A stretch of DNA of 64,000 nucleotides from the NCBI GenBank assembly GCA_038116745.1, contig JAYODW010000003.1, positions 64,274-128,273 of the forward strand, written 5' to 3'. The translations under genes were made by a program, and so were the position numbers. This DNA comes from Gammaproteobacteria bacterium. Lineage in GTDB: Bacteria > Pseudomonadota > Gammaproteobacteria > Ga0077536. Below are positions 39,579-49,969 of this stretch, one piece after another (the stretch's first letter is position 1; each line of letters opens with the position of its first letter). The notes below the pieces were generated by a model. It did no database searches and was not told the origin of the DNA. It saw only the letters and a list, made by a program, of their open reading frames with translations.

Positions 39579-40718
39579 ATGGACGGAATAAACGACAGAC
39601 GCATCTTTCTCAAAGGCGCTGCAGCGGCGGCCGGATTGTCGGCGCTGTCGGGATTAGTTGGCGCGCGGGCAGTGACGGACGGTTCTGACATCCTCGTGCC
39701 TGAGCCCGGGATCGCCAAGCTCAACGCTAATGAAAACCCGACCGGACCCAGCGCCAGGGCCAAAAAAGCGATCGCGGAAGCTGCGCAGTACAGTGCGTAC
39801 TACGTTGGAGAAAACGTCAGGCGGCTCAAGTCAATGATTGCAGAGCGTCACGGTTTGAGTACCAGCAACGTTGCGCTCAGCTCAGGTTCCAGCGGGGTAT
39901 TGACCTATCTGGCTGTGGCGGCATCTCGCCGCGGTGAGATCCTCTGCGCCGATCTGTTCTGGGACACCACTGCCAAGGCGGCAGAGCGACAGGGGGCGGT
40001 GCTTCGTCGGCTGCCGAAATCTCCGGACCTCAGCATCGACCTTGGACAGATGGCGGCTGGGATCACGTCCGCCATCGCGCTGGTGCATGTCACCAATCCG
40101 AACAATCCCACCGGCCTGATGCAGGAGCCCGAGGCGTTACGGAAATTCTGCCGCACGGCGGCGGCCAAGACCTACGTACTGGTCGACGAGGCTTACAACG
40201 AGGTCACTGACGATCCGGCACGAAACTCGATGGTCGATCTGGTCCGTGAGGGTCACAACGTAGCGGTCGCGCGCACCTTCTCCAAAATCTACGGGCTTGC
40301 CGGCCTGCGCATCGGGTACATGCTCGGTAGTGAGGAGATCATCGAGCAGGTCAATCAATTCAGTCTGGGAGACTACGCGCTCAATCAGGCGGGTGTTGCG
40401 GCGGCGCTTGCCAGCTATAACGACGAGGCGTTTATTCGCTATTCCAAAGCCATCATCCTGGAGGGTCGCGGGATGATTGAAGAAGCGGTGCGCTCACACG
40501 GGCTGCGCTCTCTGCCGTCACAAACCAATTTTTTGTTTGTGGATCTGGGTGGGCTCAATGCGGAGACTTTCCGCGCGGAGATGGCGCAGCGTGGCGTTCT
40601 CATTCGAGGCATTTATCGGGACTACACCAACTGGTCCCGCGTCAGCATGGGGCGCCTGTCCGACGTGCAGAGCTACGTCGACGTGCTGCCGCAGGTGCTG
40701 GAAGCGATGAACGCCTGA
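39579..40718 (+). CDS. Class I/II PLP-dependent aminotransferase (HisC family) with a twin-arginine (Tat) signal peptide
   Basis: MDGINDRRIFLKGAAAAAGLSALSGLVGARA is a Tat-type leader. The mature part has LNANENPTGPS and the conserved YGLAGLRIGY region. GGGAGG RBS 7 nt upstream of the ATG. Confidence 0.75.
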   Translation: MDGINDRRIFLKGAAAAAGLSALSGLVGARAVTDGSDILVPEPGIAKLNANENPTGPSARAKKAIAEAAQYSAYYVGENVRRLKSMIAERHGLSTSNVALSSGSSGVLTYLAVAASRRGEILCADLFWDTTAKAAERQGAVLRRLPKSPDLSIDLGQMAAGITSAIALVHVTNPNNPTGLMQEPEALRKFCRTAAAKTYVLVDEAYNEVTDDPARNSMVDLVREGHNVAVARTFSKIYGLAGLRIGYMLGSEEIIEQVNQFSLGDYALNQAGVAAALASYNDEAFIRYSKAIILEGRGMIEEAVRSHGLRSLPSQTNFLFVDLGGLNAETFRAEMAQRGVLIRGIYRDYTNWSRVSMGRLSDVQSYVDVLPQVLEAMNA

Positions 40719-41997
40719 ACAAAAGGACGTGAAGCACCAGGGACCTCCAGCCCAGCGGTAGCCTGGCGTGGCCGCCGCGCCTGATGCAGGCGGCAGTGCA
40801 AACGATGCGGTCTTGCGGTGTGCGATGGATTCGAAGGCTTGCTTTTCCTGGGTGAGGTTTCGCGACAATTCGCGCAGGATCGGCTGGCGTCCGCGAGGGC
40901 TTTTGCGGCCATCAGAGCGGTCTGTCTGCCAGGTCAGGCACTTTCCTGAGAAATGACAAGGACAGACTGGTATCGGTGCTGTGTCATTGTCTGTGAAGAC
41001 GTTTCAGGAGATTCGTTTCAGCAGCCTGGCGCGGCGTCAAGCCTCCGGTTTTGCATCCAATCAAAAGCCACTGGCGACTAGGCTTCGGGTTACCTTCAAC
41101 CAGGTCCTGAGTCTCGGTCCCGAGGATTAACCTGTAGCCCTCGTGCGTCTACTACCAGATTGAAAGCCAGATCAGTCGTCGGCGCTGAGTTTTTTCAGAT
41201 ACTGACGTGCGGGGGAAATCGCGAATATGGTTCATTTATTTACTGAAAAGGAATTAATTAATAAGCCGTGCAGCGGTTATCCATCATAGTTAGAGCGGAT
41301 GAGGGCGCAGACGAGCGAGCGAAGATGGGCAGCTTTGGGTGCGCGTGACTGAAGCGCAGGGGGATTCTCGACGCTTTGCATGCGGAAGCAGTATTGCGAA
41401 TCCCAGCCTGTCGTCGCGACTGAGGCCGGTCGATTTGCGAACAAGTGGCAGATGAAAGAGCCGCTCAAAATAAAGTACCGAACAGGAAATTTATTACAAA
41501 TAAAACGCGCTCTTGCTGCTTCAAAGGATGTCTGACGTGAGAAGTGTGTTGGAAGCGTTTTGAACTGCTTACGTTTTTGAAACCCACGCCCGGGTGGCTG
41601 CGGTCGCATTCACGGAGGCAGCCCGTCGGACGGAGAGAGCCGTGGCGACGCCGCCTACCTGGACGCAGACGCGAGCAGAATCCAGTGGACTCCAGGCTGC
41701 CTAATGGATACAGCGCCTGTCGGCGCTGAATAAGCACGTGCAGCCGCGTGTCCCCGCGGTCCTCGCGTGTAGTGCGCGCAACCTTATGGGACGTCCATGC
41801 ACTCGAGCTTCGCTGTGGACAAGCGCACCTCCAAACAGCTGCAGCAACACCCATCAGACCATCGCATCAGGTCATGGCATTCATGTTCTGGACACGACTG
41901 GCGCGAGACCGCACACGCCGGTTGTGGAGACAGGGATCTCCTCTGATGAGAGCTCCGCGGAGATCGGAGGCGATTGACCAGACCCCGACGAAGAACT

Positions 41998-42699
41998 TCA
42001 GAAGTTCAGTAGGAGCGTGACTGAGAGCACGTGATTGACCGCGTCCGGCTGCCCGCTGCGCGTAATCCACTGATTTAGATAGCCAACCTCCCCGCGCGCG
42101 CTGGGCGCGAGACGCACGCCCACACCTGCAAACAGTCGGTTCTGATCCAGACCGTCATCAGCACCCCAGTCAGTGTCGTTGAGATTGACGAAAAATTCGT
42201 CCCAGGCTGACAGATAAAGCCGTCCGTCGAAGGCCAGCGGGCGCGACACCTTGCTCAGGTGTCGGAAGCGCCATCCGGTATCGTCGAAGCTCTCGACGGT
42301 GCGCTGCTCGAGCCGTGTGCGGGTCGAGAGCGAAAACCCCAGCAGCGGCGCTTCTTTGCTCCAGGTCAGCTGCTGCCAGTAACGGTGCTCGGTTACGTCT
42401 TCATCTGTTCCCTGCGGATCGTTATTGATATGTCCGTAGCCCGCCCAGAGGACCGTCCGCGGTCTTATGCGGTAGCCCGCGGCAGCTCGCAGCAGGCTCT
42501 GGTTGAGATGTGAGCTGTCATCGTCGTACCGCCCCTGAGCTTCGAGCCAGACGCGATAAGGGGCTTCTTTTCCGGCTGGCGAAACGGTGGCAATGACTGC
42601 CGCCCAGGTCTGGAAGTCCTCGACCGTGTCGGCTATGACGCTCAATGGGAGCAGCGCAAGAATCAGGAGACTGCTGAGAATAATCGTTCGAAATTTCAT
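41998..42699 (-). CDS. DUF2490-family outer-membrane beta-barrel protein
   Basis: Signal peptide, alternating amphipathic beta-strands and a C-terminal Phe. Confidence 0.55.
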   Translation of the reverse strand: MKFRTIILSSLLILALLPLSVIADTVEDFQTWAAVIATVSPAGKEAPYRVWLEAQGRYDDDSSHLNQSLLRAAAGYRIRPRTVLWAGYGHINNDPQGTDEDVTEHRYWQQLTWSKEAPLLGFSLSTRTRLEQRTVESFDDTGWRFRHLSKVSRPLAFDGRLYLSAWDEFFVNLNDTDWGADDGLDQNRLFAGVGVRLAPSARGEVGYLNQWITRSGQPDAVNHVLSVTLLLNF

Positions 42700-42895
42700 A
42701 GTTTTTTTACGGGAAAGGTCGTTAATCGGCTCACTCGGAAAGGGCTCAGGGTAGCGTCGGATGGCGCAGCTGGGAAACCGCCCCCGATCAGCACTGTCGG
42801 GAGAGCGACCGTTTTCCGCCTCGTTCAGACCTGTTTGACACGCGCGTCGAGCTTACGGAAGCATCTCGTCGGGACATTCATGTGGAGTAGAGCAA

Positions 42896-43684
42896 ATGCA
42901 GGTCACTCAGCTCGGGCGGGTCTTCGTGAAGGCAACGCGCTTTCTGCATCCGGCAGAGGTGGCGGTGGACGCGGACGGGATCCGGCATGACCGGTCTTTC
43001 GGTCTGGTCGAGGCTGACGATCGCTTTGTCGGCTCGGCGCAACACAGCGAGTTCATTCCACTCACCTTTGAGCTATCGGACGACGCTTCCGAGCTCCAGC
43101 TGACGTGGCCGGATGGCAGTTCCCTGTCGGGTCCAGCAGCGGCAACCGGGCGCGCTTTTGAAATTGATCATCACGGACTCCGCGGGGTAAGCGTGCGCGA
43201 GGTGGCGGGTCCATGGCAGGAGGCGCTTTCTGCGTTTGCCGGGCGTCCTCTGCGGCTGGTGCGCTGTCTTTCTGCCGGCGGCGCTATCGACGTGCTGCCC
43301 GTTACCCTGACGACCACCGGCTCATTGCGGCGCCTCGCCGGAGTGGTCGGTGCGGAGGTCGATGCAGCTCGTTTTCGCGCCGGTATCGTGCTGGCGAACG
43401 ACGAAGCCCACGCGGAGGACGGCTGGGACGGACAGCAGCTGCGGGTGGGCGATGTGTTGCTGCGTATGCGCACTGCGGTGCCGCGTTGCCAGATCACCGG
43501 CTTCAATCCGGCATCCGGCATTGCAGACCAGGCCGTGATGCAGGCGCTGATCAAGTATCGGGAAAAAGTACACCTGCCGGACGGCATGCTGCCCGACTAC
43601 GCGACGCCGGGTTTTGCTTCTTATTGCGAGGTGATCGAACCGGGGCGGATTAAGCTCGGAGACAGCGCCGAACTGCTTCCCTGA
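42896..43684 (+). CDS. MOSC-domain protein (YcbX-like, MOSC_N beta-barrel plus MOSC)
   Basis: The conserved cysteine is in its usual context (AVPRCQITGFNP). 262 aa. Confidence 0.7.
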   Translation: MQVTQLGRVFVKATRFLHPAEVAVDADGIRHDRSFGLVEADDRFVGSAQHSEFIPLTFELSDDASELQLTWPDGSSLSGPAAATGRAFEIDHHGLRGVSVREVAGPWQEALSAFAGRPLRLVRCLSAGGAIDVLPVTLTTTGSLRRLAGVVGAEVDAARFRAGIVLANDEAHAEDGWDGQQLRVGDVLLRMRTAVPRCQITGFNPASGIADQAVMQALIKYREKVHLPDGMLPDYATPGFASYCEVIEPGRIKLGDSAELLP

Positions 43685-43803
43685 AAAGCATCTTTCCTGA
43701 CTTCTGCGCTCGGGGTGGGCGCTTCGCGAGCGCGCCACCGGGCCCTGTTGCTAGACTCACAGATGAAACGCAGCAGCGCCGTCACCGCGGAGGGGAGGAA
43801 ACG

Positions 43804-45930
43804 ATGTCAGCAGTTATGAAATCTACGCATCACGGAGGCTGTCCCCATGACTGCCCCGATACCTGTTCCATGGTCTTTGAAGTTGAGGACGGCAAGCTGG
43901 TGGGTGTACGGGGAAATCCCGAACATCCGATGACCCGCGGCGGTCTCTGCGTCAAGCTGCGTGACTACGAGAAGCGCCACTACCACCCGGAACGTCTGCT
44001 TTATCCGATGCGCCGCACGGGGCCCAAGGGCAGCGCGAGTTTCGAGCGTATCAGCTGGGAGGAGGCGCTCGATGCGATAGAAAACCGATGGCGGGCCATC
44101 ATTGACCAGTATGGTGCGCAGGCCATCGCGCCTTACAGCTACCTGGGACACCAGGGGCTGGTCCACGGTCTGAACGGTGGCGATGCATTTTTTAATCGCC
44201 TCGGCGCGACCGTCATGGAACGGACGTTCTGCGGTGAGGGATCGGCCACCGCGTGGCTCATGACCTACGGTCCGAGCGGCGGACTTGACCCTGAATCATT
44301 CCGGCACGCCCGCTACATCGTGATCTGGGCATGCAATAGCGTGAGCACCAATCTGCATCACTGGCATATCGTCAAAGATGCGCAGAAATCCGGCGCTAAA
44401 GTCGTCGTCATAGATGCCTACGCGTCGCGGACCGCCAAAGAGGCTGACTGGCATATTGCGCCCCGGCCGGGAACTGACGGCGCGCTGGCGATGGCGCTGA
44501 TCAACGTGCTGTGCGCCGAGGGTCTGGTCGATCGGGACTATGTCGACAACTACACTGTCGGCTTTGACGAGCTCGCCGAAAGGGCCGCGGACCGCACACC
44601 CGAGTGGGCGGCTGATATCACCGGGGTCCCGGCCGAGGAGATCCGCCGACTCGCGCGGGAGTACGCCGCAACCCAGCCCGCGGCCATGCGTATCGGTGTG
44701 GCGCTTGAACGGCATCGTGGCGGAGGCCAGACCATCCGCGCAGTGTGCTGTCTGCCGGCGCTGACCGGCGCCTGGCGGCACGTCGGTGGCGGGATCCTGG
44801 CGATGCCCGTGTGGGAACACCCCTACAACTTCCAGGCTATCTGTCGACCGGACTGGATCCCGTCCGGGACCCGCGTCGTGAACAACCTGCAGCTGGGGCG
44901 CCTGTTAACGGGTGAGATCCCGCTCGACCCGCCCATTAAATCGCTCATGTGCTGGAACTCGAACCCGGTTACACAGGCGCCGGAAGGCGACCGGATCGTA
45001 GCCGGGCTTGAGCGTGAAGATCTGTTCCTCGTCGTGGCTGAACACTTCGTCACGGATGTGGCAGCCTACGCGGACATCCTGCTGCCGGCCTCAATGGGTG
45101 CCGAGATGGAAGACATCATTCTGTCCTGGGGCCACAACTACCTGACATATAACGCGAAATGCGTCGAGTCGCCGGGTGAAGCGGTACCTAACCGTGAGAT
45201 CTTCCGCCGTCTCGCTGCGCGGATGGGCTTCGATGAACCGGAATTCCAGTGGTCGGACGGGGAGTGCCTCGAACATTTTGTTGACTGGGCATCGCCGGCC
45301 TGTGCCGGTTTCGATCTGACGCATCTGCGCGAGCACGGGTTCGCGCGTCTGGCGCTGGGCGGTGCTGACGAGCGCGCGCCGCATCGTGAAGGCGCGTTTC
45401 CAACGCCCTCCGGTAAGTGTGAGTTCAAGTCGAGCATTGCCGCGGGCGGTAACTTCGTCGCGCCGCCGTTCCGTCAGATGTACGAGCACCTGCAGGGCGC
45501 AGAGCCGCTGGATGCGCTGCCGGACTACGTGCCTTCGCGCGAAAGCCCGGCGAGTAACCCGGCGCTGGCCAGGCGCTATCCGCTCAACATCGTATCTCCC
45601 AAGAGTCACGGTTTTCTGAATTCCTGCTACGCCAACATGACTCAGAAGATCCGCGGTCAGGGCGAGCAGTTCGTCATGGTCAGTCCTGTGGATGCCGCTG
45701 CCCGCGGTATCAGGGAGGGGGATGTGGTCCGCGTGTTCAACGATCGCGGTGCGTTCGAAGCCGCAGCGCAGATTACCGCTGATGTGAATCCCGGTGTGGT
45801 GGTTGCCACCCTGGGCTATTGGCGACAGCTGAACCGCGGCACGGTCAACGTCGTCAGCTCAGCAGAGTTTGCCAATATGGGGCACGCGCCGAGTTTTTCT
45901 GACAACCTGGTCGAAGTGCAGAAAGCCTGA
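43804..45930 (+). CDS. Molybdopterin-dependent oxidoreductase (MopB superfamily) with N-terminal Fe-S cysteine cluster; cytoplasmic
   Basis: HHGGCPHDCPDTCS...LC cysteine motif followed by the MopB molybdopterin-binding domains. No Tat signal. Confidence 0.7.
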   Translation: MSAVMKSTHHGGCPHDCPDTCSMVFEVEDGKLVGVRGNPEHPMTRGGLCVKLRDYEKRHYHPERLLYPMRRTGPKGSASFERISWEEALDAIENRWRAIIDQYGAQAIAPYSYLGHQGLVHGLNGGDAFFNRLGATVMERTFCGEGSATAWLMTYGPSGGLDPESFRHARYIVIWACNSVSTNLHHWHIVKDAQKSGAKVVVIDAYASRTAKEADWHIAPRPGTDGALAMALINVLCAEGLVDRDYVDNYTVGFDELAERAADRTPEWAADITGVPAEEIRRLAREYAATQPAAMRIGVALERHRGGGQTIRAVCCLPALTGAWRHVGGGILAMPVWEHPYNFQAICRPDWIPSGTRVVNNLQLGRLLTGEIPLDPPIKSLMCWNSNPVTQAPEGDRIVAGLEREDLFLVVAEHFVTDVAAYADILLPASMGAEMEDIILSWGHNYLTYNAKCVESPGEAVPNREIFRRLAARMGFDEPEFQWSDGECLEHFVDWASPACAGFDLTHLREHGFARLALGGADERAPHREGAFPTPSGKCEFKSSIAAGGNFVAPPFRQMYEHLQGAEPLDALPDYVPSRESPASNPALARRYPLNIVSPKSHGFLNSCYANMTQKIRGQGEQFVMVSPVDAAARGIREGDVVRVFNDRGAFEAAAQITADVNPGVVVATLGYWRQLNRGTVNVVSSAEFANMGHAPSFSDNLVEVQKA

Positions 45931-45981
45931 ACACGGCCTCAGCCTGCGACCGGCCCTGCGTAAACCTCACCTGCCGCTGAA

Positions 45982-47643
45982 ATGCGCAACGCGCAAAGTG
46001 GTTCGGCCGCGATGCCCGTCGGGGCTATAGCCCATGTCGATGTGGTCATCGTCGGCGCCGGTTTCGCCGGCCTGCAGGCACTCTATCGACTGCGCGAACA
46101 CGGTCTCAGCGTGCGTCTGCTCGAAGCGGGCGATGGGGTCGGCGGGACCTGGTTCTGGAATCGCTATCCCGGTGCACGGGTCGATTTCGAGAGCTTCGAG
46201 TACTCGTTCTCTTTTTCCAGCGAGCTCGAACAGGACTGGTGCTGGTCCGAGCGTTTTCCCGCCCAGCCCGAGCTGCAGCGCTATCTGGAACATGTCTGCG
46301 CACGCTTTGATCTGGCTCGCGACATACAGCTTGAAGCGCGAGTGCAGGAGGCGATATTCGACGCCGAGTCTTGCCGCTGGCGGCTCCGCACGGAAAACGA
46401 CGAAACGATTTCCTGCAGCTTCTGCATCATGGCCACCGGTCTGCTCTCTGCGCCCAGAGAGCCTGAATTTCGCGGACTTGAGGAGTTCCGTGGCGCGCGC
46501 TACCTCACGGCGCGCTGGCCGAAAGAATCCGTCGATTTCAGCGGGCTCCGGGTCGGGGTGATCGGGACCGGGTCGAGCGGCGTGCAGGTGATTGGTGCGC
46601 TGGCGCGGGAGGTTGAAGAACTGTTCGTGTTCCAGCGCACCGCGCCTTTCGTGGTGCCGGCTCATAACAGGCCGATGGACTCCGCGTACGAACGTGCGAT
46701 CAAGGCGCAGTACGCCACCCTGCGGCGCCACGAGTTCCTGTCCGAAACCGGGATAGGACTGCTCGATGGCGCAGTCGAGGCGTTGCCTTTGCCGCGTCAT
46801 GTCAGTGCGCTGGCGGTGGATGCGACGACACGTGAAGCGGAGTTCGAACGGCGCTGGCGGAACGGCTCGCTGTGTTTTCTGAACGCGTTCAACGATCTCA
46901 TTTTCGACCTCGAGGCTAACGAGACGCTGGCGGAGTTCCTGCGCGAAAAAATTCGCGCCCAGATCGATGACCCGGCTCTGGCGCAGAAGCTCCTGCCGCA
47001 GGGCTATCCGGTATTTTCGCGGCGACTCTCGGTCAGCGACGACTACTACGCGAGCTTCAACCGCGGCAACGTGACGCTGGTTGACCTCAACGAAACCCCT
47101 TTAACTCGTTTTACGCCTGGCGGGCTCACGGTGGGTAAGCGCGAGATAGCGCTCGATGCGGTGATCTTTGCAACCGGCTTCGATGCCCAGACCGGCGCGC
47201 TGACGCGGATTGATATCCAGGGACGCGACGGGTGCGAGCTGCGCAGCAGCTGGCAGCAGGGGCCGGATAATTACCTGGGACTCATGACCCCCTGCTTCCC
47301 GAATCTTTTCTATCTCTGCGGACCGGGTAGTCCGACCGCCTTTTACCCACCGATCCTGCTGGCTGAATATCAGACAGATTGGTTGATCAAGATCTTTGAT
47401 GCGATGAAAGCGCGCGGCAAGCGGACTATTGAGCCGCGAACCGCAGCGGCGCAACGCTGGCTGCATCATTCACGCGAGATGGCGAACGCGACAGTCTTTC
47501 CGCGCGGCCACTCGTGGTACATGGGCACGAACGTCGCCGGCAAACCGGTTGGCCTGCTTTCCTACATCGGCGGGTTTACGCAGTACCGCAGCTGGATGGA
47601 AGAAACCATCGCCGGTGGTCTGACAGACTTCGAAGTGGATTAG
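45982..47643 (+). CDS. Baeyer-Villiger-type flavin monooxygenase, paralog 3
   Basis: VVIVGAGFAG, GGTWFWNRYPGARVD, fingerprint FRGARYLTARWP (Leu in place of His), VIGTGSSGVQ. Confidence 0.8.
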   Translation: MRNAQSGSAAMPVGAIAHVDVVIVGAGFAGLQALYRLREHGLSVRLLEAGDGVGGTWFWNRYPGARVDFESFEYSFSFSSELEQDWCWSERFPAQPELQRYLEHVCARFDLARDIQLEARVQEAIFDAESCRWRLRTENDETISCSFCIMATGLLSAPREPEFRGLEEFRGARYLTARWPKESVDFSGLRVGVIGTGSSGVQVIGALAREVEELFVFQRTAPFVVPAHNRPMDSAYERAIKAQYATLRRHEFLSETGIGLLDGAVEALPLPRHVSALAVDATTREAEFERRWRNGSLCFLNAFNDLIFDLEANETLAEFLREKIRAQIDDPALAQKLLPQGYPVFSRRLSVSDDYYASFNRGNVTLVDLNETPLTRFTPGGLTVGKREIALDAVIFATGFDAQTGALTRIDIQGRDGCELRSSWQQGPDNYLGLMTPCFPNLFYLCGPGSPTAFYPPILLAEYQTDWLIKIFDAMKARGKRTIEPRTAAAQRWLHHSREMANATVFPRGHSWYMGTNVAGKPVGLLSYIGGFTQYRSWMEETIAGGLTDFEVD

Positions 47644-47653
47644 CCGTGACCTT

Positions 47654-48256
47654 TCAGCTCGTGCGCAGGTTGAATGAGACCGATACGCGGAGCTCGTCGG
47701 TCAGATTCGGCGTGACCCAGTGCTTGAGCCAGCCAGGGAAAAAGAGAATCTCGCCCTCGCGTGGGGCGACCGAGACGACTCCCTGGGTGAGCTCGGTATC
47801 GGCGGAGAGCTGAACGAAACTGCGCCAGTGGGACGCAGGTGCACCCTCACGCGCATCGAAGAACTGGATCACGCCCTGATCCTCGCGCGACACGCTTAGA
47901 TAGAGCACCCCGGACAGCAGCGAGTCCGCGTGCGCGTGCACCGAGTTGAAGTTGAAGCGGCCATTCACGTTGGCCCACAGAATGCCGTTGTCGAAGCGCA
48001 GGTCGGGCGCGTAGCTCGGCGCGATCTCGTTGGCGTACTGGAAAAGTCGTTCGAGTAGCCAGGCAAATTCCGGAAATCGGTACAGGTCGTCTGCGCTCTG
48101 CCAGCCGCCGAAATTGGTTTTTGCGACGCTGGTTTCGCTTTTTATCAGCTCGCCGATGCGGTCGAGCATGGCCTGACGCATCTGCGTCCAATGCGGCTCG
48201 GTCTCCGGCATGCTGGTCTGCCACAGCGGGGTGTAGAACAGCCGCCTTTCGTGCAT
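47654..48256 (-). CDS. Putative 2OG-Fe(II) oxygenase-like protein (TIGR02466-type conserved hypothetical)
   Basis: 200 aa with an HxD...H-like arrangement (HAHADS...H). Confidence 0.45.
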   Translation of the reverse strand: MHERRLFYTPLWQTSMPETEPHWTQMRQAMLDRIGELIKSETSVAKTNFGGWQSADDLYRFPEFAWLLERLFQYANEIAPSYAPDLRFDNGILWANVNGRFNFNSVHAHADSLLSGVLYLSVSREDQGVIQFFDAREGAPASHWRSFVQLSADTELTQGVVSVAPREGEILFFPGWLKHWVTPNLTDELRVSVSFNLRTS

Positions 48257-48384
48257 CAGCGGTTCCTCGTGGCGCGGGTCTCAGTGGACCGAGGCGGGGA
48301 GACGCCTGTGTGGTTCGTCTGCACAGCGGGGCTGGCGTGAGAGCGGGCGGGGCGCAGATATCCCCCCGCTCCGCGCCCCTGCAC

Positions 48385-49662
48385 TCAAGCCGAGACCGTC
48401 TGGTCCTGGGCGGATAGGGTGCATTTCACAAACTCGCCGCCTTTCATAATCCCGAGCAGCCGGTCGCGGTCCTGCAGTACGCGCAGATCCTTCGAGGGGT
48501 CGCCGTCGACGATCAGGAGATCGGCGAGCTTGCCCGCCTCGATGGTTCCTAGATCTTCCGACCGCCCCTGGAGCGCGGCCCCGTTTACGGTCGCCCAGCG
48601 GATCACATCGAGATTGCTGACGCCGCAGAGTTCCGGATAGACCGCGAGTTCCTTGGCGTAGTCGCCGTGTGGCATCAACGACCCGAATCCGAAATCGTCG
48701 CCGAGGACAATCGGTACGCCGGCCTCGTCGGCGCGTTTGACGACTTCTGGAAATTCTTCGAGCGTGCGCTCGAGGTCCGGGATCATGGGCGCGAGTCCGG
48801 GCGCTTCACCGCTCAGGTAGCCACTGACGAGACGGGACGGGAAGTACAAGCTTGGCGCCAGAAAGCTGCCCTTCTCGAGGAAAAGCTCGATACATTCGTC
48901 ATCCGTTCCGTCTCCGTGATCGACCACGTCGATGCCCGCCTGGAGGGCCGCCTTTACGCCCCGCTGGCTGATCAGATGACCACGGATTTTGACGCCGCGC
49001 TGGTGAGCAGTGCTCACCGCCATGTTCAGCTCTTCCTCGGTCATGCTCATCATTTCACGACCGTGCGGCAGGCCATGCCCCCCGGTCGGATAGAGCTTGA
49101 CGATATCGACGCCGTTTTTGGCTTCCTCGCGAACTGCTTTGCGAAAATCCTCCGGGCCGTCGCACACGCAGGCCAGTCCCGAGAGACCCAGGCCCCACCA
49201 CTCGGGATGGGAGTCAACCGAGTCTCCAGTCGTGACCACATCGCGCCCGCAGGCCATGACCCGCGGTCCCCGGATCAGCCCGCGGTTAATGGCATTACGT
49301 AGCACGACATCAATGTAGTGTGCGGCGCCGGCGCCCACGGACATGGTGTAGCCGCACATGAGCAGCAGCTCAGCGTTCTTGGCTGCGACCAGGGTCAGCA
49401 TGGTCGGCGGATGCTTGAGATCGATCTCCTGAATGCTGTTTACGTCATCGTAGGCAGGGTGGTAATGACAGAAGGCCATTCCCGGCATGACGCTCTTGCC
49501 ACCGAGGTCGAACACCGTGTCTTTTTTCCGAGGAGCCGGTGCTTTCGCGGCAGGGACGACACGTGAGATGCGGTCACCGGTAATCACAATGACCATGTCA
49601 TTGCAGGGTTTGTTCAGGCCATCGATCAGTCGCGCGCCGCGCAGAAAAGTATTGCAAGCCAT
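48385..49662 (-). CDS. Metal-dependent amidohydrolase (imidazolonepropionase/prolidase-like TIM barrel)
   Basis: Amidohydrolase motifs (PGMAFCHYH, VKLYPTGGHG, histidine and aspartate ligand positions). Confidence 0.7.
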   Translation of the reverse strand: MACNTFLRGARLIDGLNKPCNDMVIVITGDRISRVVPAAKAPAPRKKDTVFDLGGKSVMPGMAFCHYHPAYDDVNSIQEIDLKHPPTMLTLVAAKNAELLLMCGYTMSVGAGAAHYIDVVLRNAINRGLIRGPRVMACGRDVVTTGDSVDSHPEWWGLGLSGLACVCDGPEDFRKAVREEAKNGVDIVKLYPTGGHGLPHGREMMSMTEEELNMAVSTAHQRGVKIRGHLISQRGVKAALQAGIDVVDHGDGTDDECIELFLEKGSFLAPSLYFPSRLVSGYLSGEAPGLAPMIPDLERTLEEFPEVVKRADEAGVPIVLGDDFGFGSLMPHGDYAKELAVYPELCGVSNLDVIRWATVNGAALQGRSEDLGTIEAGKLADLLIVDGDPSKDLRVLQDRDRLLGIMKGGEFVKCTLSAQDQTVSA

Positions 49663-49969
49663 GATTTTCCTCCCCAGGGTTGGTCAACGCTGCTGGAACG
49701 ATTGTAGGGCCAGCCGTGTGTGAAGCGGTACCGCGTAGGGGTAGCGGAAATGGAGTTAAGGCAAGGGCATCGCAGTAACGACCAGCCAGCGCCCAGGGGC
49801 TCAGTGCTCAGTTCAGGAGACCATGGGTGTACGACCGGCGTGCCGGTCAGACGCCGAGCGCAAGAGTCGTCGGCTTGGGCAGGCCGTGCTCGATACGGCG
49901 CAAAGTCTGCTTTGAAGACGTTCCCGCAGGTCCAGGGCACGTCTCGTTCGGGTCTGACCGTGCGCAGGC

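Noticed and set aside
40719-41997. CRISPR array, insertion sequence or integrase in the ORF-free AT-rich island, and near tRNA-Arg.
   Set aside because: No regularly spaced direct repeats, no terminal inverted repeats and no transposase- or integrase-like ORFs. Only a short duplicated 11-mer was found.
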